The notes below the pieces were generated by a model that saw nothing but the letters and a program-made list of their open reading frames with translations, searched no databases and was not told the DNA's origin. From the IMG/VR virus record IMGVR_UViG_3300031228_000011, positions 1 through 46,115 of that record: 46,115 nt of DNA; one strand, written 5' to 3'. A program made the position numbers and the translations under genes. Source of the stretch: a virus (taxonomy: Duplodnaviria > Caudoviricetes). Each line of letters begins with the position of its first letter. Position 1 is the first letter of the stretch. This document shows, piece after piece, positions 27,734 through 35,342 of this stretch.

Positions 27734-27901
27734 TTAAACCTGATGCCGCTGCTTCACTCGCCATACGCCCGCAACTCCCACCTCCTTAGCTAACTCGCGC
27801 GCGTGCAGAAGGTTCTTCATGGGCCAGCAGACGCCCTGATAGTCAATCACCGCGACCATGTCGGGATCATCAACAGTCAGAGCGAAGCCGTAATCCGCCA
27901 T
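27734..27901 (-). CDS. Hypothetical 55-aa protein
   Basis: ATG after AAGGTG; translated by hand (MADYGFALTVDDPD...). Confidence 0.45.
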   Translation of the reverse strand: MADYGFALTVDDPDMVAVIDYQGVCWPMKNLLHARELAKEVGVAGVWRVKQRHQV

Positions 27902-27904
27902 TGC

Positions 27905-28051
27905 TCACACCTTCCGCAACCGTATCGTGCGCGGTGCGTCCAGCCTGTTCAGGGCTACAGCGCATTCCTGCTGATCGAGCTGGGTTACTTGCTCGGCCCA
28001 TGCGCCCATTTGCTTGATGGTCTGGGGGTAGGGTCCGTAGCAGGTCTGCAT
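27905..28051 (-). CDS. Hypothetical 48-aa protein
   Basis: GGGAG RBS before MQTCYGPYPQ. Confidence 0.4.
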   Translation of the reverse strand: MQTCYGPYPQTIKQMGAWAEQVTQLDQQECAVALNRLDAPRTIRLRKV

Positions 28052-28310
28052 GGGATGGACTCCCGTGAACTTTGCCCGAGCGCGCAACACCTGTCTTTGG
28101 GAGGGTGTGAGGTGGCGGCTCGGGCTTGGCGAGGCGCGTCGGGGGTGGACGTGCTGCCAATGGGGTTGCTGCGACGACCATTCAGGTCGACATGCTGATC
28201 CGCCCTTACTGAGCCGCCGCAGCAATTCTTGAAATGCAGTAGCAGGCCTCCGAGGAGCGAGGTCCTTGGGGGTCGGCGCGGCGCTCACATGGGAGGTCAC
28301 CGCTGGATGC

Positions 28311-28895
28311 CTATGCCGCGATCCCGTGCGGCAAGCCCTCGTGTGCCACATTATTAAGCAGCAAGCAAGATGCCACTTTGATTTCCACAGGCTTGCCGAA
28401 GATCGTGAATGCAACGAGGGTGAATTGGCCCTGCGCATCCTCCACGATGCCAGGAATGCCCTGCATCGGGCCATCGGCCATCCTGACCGGCGTTCCTCGT
28501 TCAAGCTTCGGCCCCTTGCTCCCGCGGCGCCGCCACTTCTCGAATACCCGCACCTTGCGCGCTTCTTCGCTGCGCAGGGCGTCGAGCTGATCATCGGCGA
28601 CCAAGGGAACACCGCCGCGGTGGCGGAACACCGTGAACTTGGGGTGTGCCCGGCGGTGCGAGTGCTCCAAGCTCAACAGCTCATCGACGTGCCCGACCGG
28701 AGCGAACACGTAGGACGGCATCAGGGCGCTTTCCTTGTCGAACGGAGCGCCAGTCCGCGGCATCTTGGCAACCCGCTTCTCGATAGGCGCCCATACCTCG
28801 ATGCCTGAGGCGCACAGAGACCTGACCAGGCGCAACGTGTCTCCGCCGGCCATGCGCAGGATGCACCAGGAACCGAGGTCAAGCGTGGCGTTCAT
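28311..28895 (-). CDS. NusG-family transcription antiterminator (late gene activator)
   Basis: NGN domain (W.IL, G.E.W.P, LMPSYVF) plus KOW motif (G..VR..DGP..G..G.V); at the lambda Q position. Confidence 0.87.
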   Translation of the reverse strand: MNATLDLGSWCILRMAGGDTLRLVRSLCASGIEVWAPIEKRVAKMPRTGAPFDKESALMPSYVFAPVGHVDELLSLEHSHRRAHPKFTVFRHRGGVPLVADDQLDALRSEEARKVRVFEKWRRRGSKGPKLERGTPVRMADGPMQGIPGIVEDAQGQFTLVAFTIFGKPVEIKVASCLLLNNVAHEGLPHGIAA

Positions 28896-29164
28896 TCCCC
28901 GCTCCCTGTGGGATTAGTGGTTTGGTTGGTGAGGAGGCGGTCGATCATCGCTTGCCACGCGGCCGGAATGGTGCGGTCGTCTATCGGATCGACAACATTG
29001 CTGTCGCACAGGCTCAGAAAGCCCGCTTCGATCATCTCATCATCGGGCTCGTAGATCGCCTTCAGCACTGCGACGACCGCGAAGGTGGGCAAGTCGCCAT
29101 TGCCCTGCCAATCGGCGAGGCTTTCGCTTAGTGCTTGAGCGGCTTTGGTGAGAGTGGGGTTCAT
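28892..29164 (-). CDS. Hypothetical protein
   Basis: EP..EMIEAG...W.AMID motif common in alphaproteobacterial phages. Confidence 0.65.
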   Translation of the reverse strand: MNPTLTKAAQALSESLADWQGNGDLPTFAVVAVLKAIYEPDDEMIEAGFLSLCDSNVVDPIDDRTIPAAWQAMIDRLLTNQTTNPTGSGE

Positions 29165-29307
29165 GCGGGGCTCCAATATTCGGTCCACCAAGTATCTCTG
29201 CCGTCCGCGATCTCTTCGTCGGGCTGCTTGCCGTATTCCCAGCATTTGAGCTTGTGGCACTCATCGAACGGGACAGCTTCTGGTTGAATTTGTTCAGTGT
29301 TTTTCAT
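29161..29307 (-). CDS. Hypothetical 48-aa protein
   Basis: GAAGGA RBS; ATGA coupling with the next gene. Confidence 0.45.
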   Translation of the reverse strand: MKNTEQIQPEAVPFDECHKLKCWEYGKQPDEEIADGRDTWWTEYWSPA

Positions 29308-29319
29308 CGTCTGTGTCCT

Positions 29320-29815
29320 TCAGGCATAGCGCCGCTTTCCGCTTATACGGGGAGCGACAGGTGACCTGTGCGCTTCACGGACTGCCCCGGATCGCTTCCT
29401 GCCTTGCTCAATTACCTCACCTGCCATTCTCCTTTCGGAAGGCTGGCCAAACCTGGGGAGGGCATTGAGATGCCAGCTCCACTTCATAGGGTGAGATGTC
29501 CGAACCGAACGCGTCGCCGGCTTTGGCCCCCGGAAAGTCCCGGCCGTATGAGGCACCGGGCAAAAGAGGGGTGAGCACCTTCGGGCTTTGCTTTCTCCGG
29601 TTAGCCCAACCGGCTGAGGGTCTCCACATTGGCCGGAAGGCAAAGATGCCAACTCGGCGGCGAGTGCTTCGTCCCAAGGCAGCTTTTTCGTCTTGCCCCA
29701 GGAAAAAGCGCCAATTCGCCTAACCCAGTTGACTTGACCGTGATATAACCATATTGGTTTTTCACGGGCGGTGATCGGGCAAGCGGTCACCGTCTTTTTC
29801 TTTGCCTTCCGTTCT
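29320..29815. other. Hairpin-dense region; candidate structured RNA or replication origin
   Basis: 13-bp perfect inverted repeat 29634-29646/29799-29811 plus at least six local hairpins. Confidence 0.5.
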
Positions 29816-29850
29816 ACCATTGTTCGCGGTGAACGGAAAGGAAACATCGC

Positions 29851-30465
29851 CTATTTTCCTCCGTTTGCGACCGCTTTTTGCCCAGCGGGGTTGAAGGGTA
29901 TCACGTTGGCGTTCACGGCCAACGCGGTGCGAATTTCTTGTGCCTCTGTGGTCCGCCCAAGGCGGTCGTAGAGCGCGGCAGTGCGTTGCATGTATTCGCG
30001 GTTGTCATAAACCCCGCCTATCGGGCGGTAGTCCCCGTCCGGCCGGCGCGAGCTGCGGACCCAGTTCTGCCAGGTCTTGCGCCAGTCGAGTTTGCAGGCG
30101 TCTTTCCCGCCCTTCGCCTGCCAGTAATTGGCAAAAATTTCGGCTTCCGCCTCGGCATCGCTCGGGTGCCACTGGCGCAGATCAACCGCCCACTCGATCC
30201 AGTCCGGCGGACAGGCCCAGTCGTTCGGAAGTCGAGCGGCCCGCGGTGAAACGTTTCCTGACCGTTGCGGCAATGTTTCGTTCTTCTCGAGCGCGAGCAT
30301 GATGGCCAGGACGTGATCTTGGGTCAGCCCGGCGAACTGCGCGAAGGCGGCGACGTGGAAACCCTTCCCCATCTCGCGCATCGCGTGCCAGCAGTGATAG
30401 ACGTGGCACGTCTTCACGCGAGCATCCGATGCGATGATCGGGAGGCGGGGATCGAAGGGCGTCAT
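29851..30465 (-). CDS. Replication protein with a DnaT-like C-terminal region
   Basis: RLP.DW......W, F..YW......K.DW..TW.NW.R motif of phage replication organisers. Confidence 0.72.
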   Translation of the reverse strand: MTPFDPRLPIIASDARVKTCHVYHCWHAMREMGKGFHVAAFAQFAGLTQDHVLAIMLALEKNETLPQRSGNVSPRAARLPNDWACPPDWIEWAVDLRQWHPSDAEAEAEIFANYWQAKGGKDACKLDWRKTWQNWVRSSRRPDGDYRPIGGVYDNREYMQRTAALYDRLGRTTEAQEIRTALAVNANVIPFNPAGQKAVANGGK

Positions 30466-30875
30466 GCGGCTAAGCTCGCCGGGCGCATCTTGGCCCCATC
30501 AGGCGCGCGGAGCGGAGTAATCCAGCCCCAATCCGCCAGCGCGTCCTCTACGTCCTCGATTGAGCGGCAAACAGCGTAGTGGTGCTCCCATTCGAGCAAG
30601 CGGCGCTGGCATTCCTTTTGCGCGGGCTGTTGGTAGGCTCCCTCCGCCTTGACCTCGATAAAGCCGATGCGCCCCTTCGGGCCAAGGATGACCAGATCGG
30701 GGAAGCCTGGATGCAACCCGGCGGACTTCATGAAAGCGACCCGCATGGCCCGCTGCTTCGCTGTCCCAGCAATCTGCGCGCCGTTGGGAACAGCCACTGG
30801 CCAGAGCCCCCGCAACCGCAGGTATTCGACTATCGCGCACTGCAAGCGGTGCTCAGGTTGGGCGCGGGCGCTCAT
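30462..30875 (-). CDS. VRR-NUC nuclease
   Basis: EH.LQ..I, VPNG, G...G.PDL, FIEVK..G......Q (PD-(D/E)xK). Confidence 0.9.
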   Translation of the reverse strand: MSARAQPEHRLQCAIVEYLRLRGLWPVAVPNGAQIAGTAKQRAMRVAFMKSAGLHPGFPDLVILGPKGRIGFIEVKAEGAYQQPAQKECQRRLLEWEHHYAVCRSIEDVEDALADWGWITPLRAPDGAKMRPASLAA

Positions 30876-31369
30876 TGCCCACCCCGCAGCTTGGCGTAGG
30901 CATCAGCTACCTGGGGATGATGCCGGCAGTAATCCGCGAAGTGGTTGATTGCGTAGCAGACAGTTGAATGGTCGCGTCCGAAGTAGCCAGCGATCCGCGG
31001 GAATGAGGTGATCGCCTCGCCGTTCGTATGCAGCCTGTCGCGCAAAAGGCGGTAAGCAACGGAACGGGCGCGGACCAGGTAGGGCGAACGACCGGCACCG
31101 CAGAGCTCGTCCGTCGAGACGCCGAACTCTGCCGCCACCTGTTCCACGATCCTCTGAACAGCGCTCGGCATGGATTTGTGCGTGCGGGCCGATACGGGCG
31201 TGTAGCGGCGACGCTTGGGCTCCGGGCGCTTTGGGATGCGCGCGAATGTCTCGACGGGCTCAGGCTCCCCTCTGAGGGCGCGCAGAAGCTTTCTTGAGCC
31301 GTGTGCCACCATCATGCGGTTGGCGAGTTCGTCCGGGATGTCGTGGAGCTGTGAGAGGGTCAACATCAC
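30872..31369 (-). CDS. Protein with a DnaA C-terminal-like HTH domain
   Basis: I...VA..FGV....L....R....VRAR..A, S.P.I...FGRDHSTV. Confidence 0.85.
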   Translation of the reverse strand: MMLTLSQLHDIPDELANRMMVAHGSRKLLRALRGEPEPVETFARIPKRPEPKRRRYTPVSARTHKSMPSAVQRIVEQVAAEFGVSTDELCGAGRSPYLVRARSVAYRLLRDRLHTNGEAITSFPRIAGYFGRDHSTVCYAINHFADYCRHHPQVADAYAKLRGGQ

Positions 31370-31602
31370 CGTGCCCTCCGAACATGGCCGGAGACATAGG
31401 TTTGGCCTGATTCACGAGCGGCACGGCGAGCAGCAAAGCTGGCTTCACGATCAGACCACCAGGTTTCCAGTTCAGTAGGGGGCTTGGTGAATAGGCGGTG
31501 CCAGAAGCTCACGGGCGAACCCCTTTCGGGGCCGGGCTCTCGCCTACGGCTACGCACTGCGACACACAGCGCCAGATCGCCGGGCTTCCAATCGTCGCTC
31601 AT
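31366..31602 (-). CDS. Hypothetical protein
   Basis: DW.PGDLALCV N-terminus; coupled to neighbours. Confidence 0.55.
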   Translation of the reverse strand: MSDDWKPGDLALCVAVRSRRREPGPERGSPVSFWHRLFTKPPTELETWWSDREASFAARRAARESGQTYVSGHVRRAR

Positions 31603-32015
31603 GCCGCCTTCACCTTCGCGAACTTGCCGCGCAGCACATTGTCCTCACATGGAGCAATGTCGCGGCCGGCGGGTGATTCAGGGTGATGCGCCTGGTTCTT
31701 CGTCGCCAGCCAGTCCGTCATCGCCGTGGCGAGTTCGTCGTGGTCGATGTCCTCGGGCACCTGGACAATCGCGCGGCCATCCGGCAGCAACAGGCTCAGC
31801 AGCTCGTCGGGAACCACGCCGGTCAGCTTGCAAAGCGCGGAGACAGGCATTTCCGCCGTCTCGCCGTTGTTCCCCGCGTAGGAGCGCAAGGTGCTGTAAG
31901 GGATGCCGCTGTCGAGGCTGATCGCCTTGAGGGTCAATCCGTTACGCTGGGCAATGCGGAAGATGCGTTCCTGCGTTGCCTTTGTGCAGTGCGGAATCTC
32001 GCTATCGGTCGCCAT
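31599..32015 (-). CDS. HTH regulator (possibly CII-like)
   Basis: LTLKAISLDSGIPYSTLRSY HTH; GAGGAG RBS; in the cro operon. Confidence 0.65.
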   Translation of the reverse strand: MATDSEIPHCTKATQERIFRIAQRNGLTLKAISLDSGIPYSTLRSYAGNNGETAEMPVSALCKLTGVVPDELLSLLLPDGRAIVQVPEDIDHDELATAMTDWLATKNQAHHPESPAGRDIAPCEDNVLRGKFAKVKAA

Positions 32016-32017
32016 GA

Positions 32018-33763
32018 TTACGCTCGCTCCTCGCGGCTATTCGGTTGGGCATGGAAAACAGGGGAAACACCGCGAGGGCTCTCGGGCTTATTGTGAGAGA
32101 GATCGTGGGAGGGATTGAGGTGGTCGACTTGGTCGATGCGCCGGCCGATCCAAGCCATGACGGGGACGGCCATGCTGTTGCCGAGCGCCTTGTAGCGCGG
32201 GCCGTCGGGGCACTGCGCTTTCCCGCGCCAGGGGATGTTGGTGTAGTCGTCGGGGAAGCCTTGGAGACGTTCGCACTCGACGGGCGTAAGCCTTCTTACC
32301 GCGCTCGCTTGGCTCGCATGTAATGGAGGCCGCACAGCCCCTTCGCGTGAGCCGTCTCCCCGCACTCCCGGCATTGCGTCTTGGGCGGTGTCCCCACTTT
32401 CAGGGGATCGCCCCAGCGCTTGAAGCGCAGCAGATGCTTGTTGCAGAAGCCGCGCCCCTTCTGCGGTTCCCCGCAGATGGTGCAGGGCGTCCTCGGGCGA
32501 TGCTCCTTCATGTGACAGCTTCGACAGAGCCGCATCAAGTTCTCGAGCCGGTTGTCCTGCCAGTCGTCGTTCTTGTGGTGAACCTCGGCTCGCGAGTTCC
32601 CGCAATGCTCGCACGGCCCCGGCGGGCATATCTTCCGCGCGTGGTAGTGCGCTGTCATCCAGGAAACCATCGTGACCTCCAGTAACATAAGCCACCGCTG
32701 GCATCACCCCCGCATTGGCATGGCTCTTGCTGTGACCGCCTGCCCGCAGAGTGGGGCTGCAATCCTCCATCGCATCGGCGCCATGGTCCTTGGCGGAGAA
32801 GGCGATGGGCTGCGCCAGTATCGCGCCGGGGCCACCGCCGTTGTTGCCACCCATTGCGGACAGGCACGGCCAAACCATTTCGGGCGTGACCAGTGCATCG
32901 CCTTGAAAGCCAGTTTTGACGGGCACGGGTGCAGGCTTGCCATCGTTGTCGATCCGCAGGGCCACCGGCACCAGCGGCGTCCCGCGTCCGGTTCCATCCT
33001 CGCTGGCGTCGAAGCCTTCACCGCGAAGGGAATGGGCGACGCAATATTCGTCCATCCCATCCCGGCCCGTGCCCGTGCCCGTGCGGGTGGTCATGGCGGG
33101 AACTACGTCAAGGCAGATGATGTGTCCGGCCTGGCCCTGGTTGTCATCTGCGCCGCAAGTTCCAACGCCTGTTGCAGTGAGTGCGGCAACTGCCGGTCCC
33201 GCTTGGCGGCTCGGCGCAATATTCCACGACAGGCTGTGGCGCTCAAAAAGAACCGCCGCAGCACGTCGCCAGTCTCCAGAATGTCCAACAACGAACACGC
33301 GGCGGCGCCGTTGGGGAATTCCAAAGTGCTGAGCGTCCAAGATTCGGTAGGCGAACCCATACCCGAGTTCGACCAGCCCTCCGAGGATGGAACCAAAGTC
33401 CCGTCCGCCTCCCGACGACAGGACGCCGGGGACGTTCTCCCACACCAGCCATCGGGGCCGTGTGCGATCAGCAAGGCGGAGAAACTCAAGCGCGAGGTTG
33501 CCACGGTCGTCAGCCAGTCCGCCTCTAAGGCCGGCGATGCTGAACGATTGACAGGGGGTGCCTCCGACAAGAAGGTCAATTGGCCCATATTCGTCGGCTC
33601 CGATCGTGGTGAAGTCGCCGTGAAGCGGAACATGCGGGTAATGGTGCGCCAGCACGGCGCGCGGGAATGCCTCTATCTCGGAGAAGAACGCAGGCTCCCA
33701 TCCCAGCGGGTGCCAGGCAGCGGTTGCGGCTTCTATTCCGCTGCAAACACTTCCGTATCTCAC
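32018..33763 (-). CDS. dcm: DNA (cytosine-5) methyltransferase with an enlarged variable region
   Basis: Motif I SVCSGIEA, IV GGTPCQSFS, VI ENVPG, VIII QRRRRVF, IX RRLTPVECERLQGFP, X YKALGNSM. Confidence 0.95.
   Translation of the reverse strand: MRYGSVCSGIEAATAAWHPLGWEPAFFSEIEAFPRAVLAHHYPHVPLHGDFTTIGADEYGPIDLLVGGTPCQSFSIAGLRGGLADDRGNLALEFLRLADRTRPRWLVWENVPGVLSSGGGRDFGSILGGLVELGYGFAYRILDAQHFGIPQRRRRVFVVGHSGDWRRAAAVLFERHSLSWNIAPSRQAGPAVAALTATGVGTCGADDNQGQAGHIICLDVVPAMTTRTGTGTGRDGMDEYCVAHSLRGEGFDASEDGTGRGTPLVPVALRIDNDGKPAPVPVKTGFQGDALVTPEMVWPCLSAMGGNNGGGPGAILAQPIAFSAKDHGADAMEDCSPTLRAGGHSKSHANAGVMPAVAYVTGGHDGFLDDSALPRAEDMPAGAVRALRELASRGSPQERRLAGQPARELDAALSKLSHEGASPEDALHHLRGTAEGARLLQQASAALQALGRSPESGDTAQDAMPGVRGDGSREGAVRPPLHASQASAVRRLTPVECERLQGFPDDYTNIPWRGKAQCPDGPRYKALGNSMAVPVMAWIGRRIDQVDHLNPSHDLSHNKPESPRGVSPVFHAQPNSREERA
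32296..32670 (-). CDS. HNH endonuclease with Zn-finger repeats, nested in the +1 frame of dcm
   Basis: CEHCG...VHHKNDDWQDNRLENL..LC.SCH..EH plus two C..C......G.C..H repeats; GGAGG RBS before the ATG at 32670. Confidence 0.85.
   Translation of the reverse strand: MVSWMTAHYHARKICPPGPCEHCGNSRAEVHHKNDDWQDNRLENLMRLCRSCHMKEHRPRTPCTICGEPQKGRGFCNKHLLRFKRWGDPLKVGTPPKTQCRECGETAHAKGLCGLHYMRAKRAR
33103..33588 (-). CDS. Overprinted polypeptide in the +1 frame of dcm, resembling the M.EcoHK31I beta subunit N-terminal region
   Basis: WSNSGM...W.....E.P......SL.DILE......FFLS..AC.GILRRA.KR...LP..L..AL. Confidence 0.7.
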   Translation of the reverse strand: MGQLTFLSEAPPVNRSASPALEADWLTTVATSRLSFSALLIAHGPDGWCGRTSPASCRREADGTLVPSSEGWSNSGMGSPTESWTLSTLEFPNGAAACSLLDILETGDVLRRFFLSATACRGILRRAAKRDRQLPHSLQQALELAAQMTTRARPDTSSALT

Positions 33764-34290
33764 TGCGCGCCCTCCACATATTTGAGGACGGCAAGGAGTT
33801 CGGCAGCGGTCGCGTCCGACTTGATGCGGTTAGCCCGGAACGAAATTACCCTTACGTTGGAGGGCGTGTAGCCATGCTCGGGAATGATGCGGTCCAAGGA
33901 TGCGCGATGATCGCGCGGCCCATCGGACGACAATGTGATGCCCAACACGGGGCACACGGCCGGGATCGTGATGTCGTCCGGCGCAATGGTGAACGGAAGA
34001 CCGCGAGCTCGCGCACGTTTGCGAGCGTCGTAGAACATGCAGTATTCGGTGGTCTGAGACTTTCCGTGCGAACGGAACATCGCTCCCATGCGGTCCCGGC
34101 GAAAACAGCCGCAGCTTCGATTTTTGCCGAAGCGAAGGTTGGAGCCCGGCAGCACAAGGACGCCGCCGCAATCGCAGGTGCAGCGCCAACGCCATTGGTC
34201 ACGGCGCCGACCTTCAACGCGCGCCGCGACAGTCAACCGACCAAAGCGTTGGCCCAATTCGATGCCGGAACAGACGGAGCCGTAGCGCAC
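33760..34290 (-). CDS. HNH-type homing endonuclease whose first 11 residues duplicate the dcm N-terminus
   Basis: GQRFGRLTV...W.C.CDCG...SCGC domain; CPVLG...SLDRI....GY...NV..IS..AN..K nuclease motif; GTG at 34290 coupled to the upstream TAG. Confidence 0.85.
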   Translation of the reverse strand: MRYGSVCSGIELGQRFGRLTVAARVEGRRRDQWRWRCTCDCGGVLVLPGSNLRFGKNRSCGCFRRDRMGAMFRSHGKSQTTEYCMFYDARKRARARGLPFTIAPDDITIPAVCPVLGITLSSDGPRDHRASLDRIIPEHGYTPSNVRVISFRANRIKSDATAAELLAVLKYVEGAQ

Positions 34291-34451
34291 TATGCCGCGC
34301 TCCACGGATCGACCGTATCATTCGCCGGTCCATCAACGTGAGCCAGCACCCTCATTGCGGGCGCGATCCGGGCAGACACGATCCATGCCGTTCGGCCGTG
34401 GAGGCTGTTGATGAGGCGTGTTCGCCAATGTGGGAGGAAGGGGCGGATCAC
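34290..34451 (-). CDS. Hypothetical protein
   Basis: GGGAG RBS before GTG; TAGTG coupling with the endonuclease gene; start uncertain. Confidence 0.45.
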   Translation of the reverse strand: MIRPFLPHWRTRLINSLHGRTAWIVSARIAPAMRVLAHVDGPANDTVDPWSAA

Positions 34452-34489
34452 CGGATTGACTCCCGGCTCGCGGGTGTCAGGATTGACCG

Positions 34490-34786
34490 ATGGAAACTCT
34501 CTCGATCCTGGGGCTGGTCGTGGCCGTCGTCGTTCCAACGGTTGCCGGTCTGGGGGCCCTGGCCTTTCGCGAGAGACGCGCATGGTCTCGGGCCAAAGAC
34601 GTCATCGTGCGCTACGGCGCGCTCTTGTTTCTTGTCGTTTCCATATTGCTGGCCGGTGTCACTCTCGCCGATTACCTTGGCCCCGATGCAATCGGTTACG
34701 CGCAGGTCATCTATGGCATCATTGCCGCAGCCTCTGCTGCGCTCGTTCTGGTCGCGCTGGCCTTCGACCACCTCACGCGGGATTAG
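34490..34786 (+). CDS. 3-TM membrane protein, antisense to the cro operon
   Basis: Three hydrophobic segments; fills the gap between minus-strand genes. Confidence 0.65.
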   Translation: METLSILGLVVAVVVPTVAGLGALAFRERRAWSRAKDVIVRYGALLFLVVSILLAGVTLADYLGPDAIGYAQVIYGIIAAASAALVLVALAFDHLTRD

Positions 34787-34788
34787 CG

Positions 34789-35022
34789 TCACAGCGCCAC
34801 CTCAATTCCGAGGTGAACAAGGTGGATGAACCCGAGCGTCAGCAGCCCACACTTGAGGGCAAACCATGCTGCGTGGCGGTAAGCCTGCGCGTCAGTGGTC
34901 GCCTTGGCCGGGTATTCGCCAACAAGGGCGATGAACCGCTTGGCAGAGGCGCGCAGATCGTGACGCTCGTTAAGGCGCCAGAGCGTCATGTAGAGTGCGC
35001 GGTAGAAGGCTGCGGGCGGCAT
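34789..35022 (-). CDS. Hypothetical protein
   Basis: TGATG coupling with cro. Confidence 0.5.
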   Translation of the reverse strand: MPPAAFYRALYMTLWRLNERHDLRASAKRFIALVGEYPAKATTDAQAYRHAAWFALKCGLLTLGFIHLVHLGIEVAL

Positions 35023-35249
35023 CAGGCAGCGGCCTGCGTCGGCGTCTCCGAAATGTCGGGAAGCGCGGACAAATCGGGCGGGAGCGGCTTGCCCTGTTTC
35101 TCCGCTATCAGCCTTAGATGGGCCAGTCGCGAGGCGGGGATGCCGATGGACCGCCAGCTATGGACGGTTGATACGGGGGCCTCGATCAACTTGGCCACGG
35201 CACTAGTGCCTCCAAGGTGATGCAGGACTTTCTCAGCGTCGGTGCTCAT
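35022..35249 (-). CDS. cro: Cro-like repressor
   Basis: LGG.SAVA........V.SWR..GIP..R HTH; divergent from cI. Confidence 0.85.
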   Translation of the reverse strand: MSTDAEKVLHHLGGTSAVAKLIEAPVSTVHSWRSIGIPASRLAHLRLIAEKQGKPLPPDLSALPDISETPTQAAA

Positions 35250-35259
35250 GCGAGGTATA

Positions 35260-35323
35260 TTGCGACAATCGCAACTCTGACGCAAGCGGAATGTTGCGAT
35301 AATCGCTTTTGCGATTTTCGTAT
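35260..35323. promoter_or_regulatory. Operator array between cro and cI (TTGCGA-N3-TCGCAA)
   Basis: 35260-35274 perfect; 35294-35308 and 35309-35323 degenerate; overlaps a TTGCGT-N17-CAATAT promoter candidate for cro. Confidence 0.8.
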
Positions 35324-35342
35324 AGAACCGCTTGATGATCCG

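Noticed and set aside
29320-29847. 175-aa ORF as a confident protein-coding gene
   Set aside because: No recognisable motif, and it coincides with dense inverted repeats; left unannotated, though coding is not excluded.
32296-32690. Intein or group I intron in dcm
   Set aside because: The nuclease is in a different frame from dcm with its own RBS; no intein terminal residues or non-coding intron core are evident. Splicing cannot be fully excluded without RNA data.
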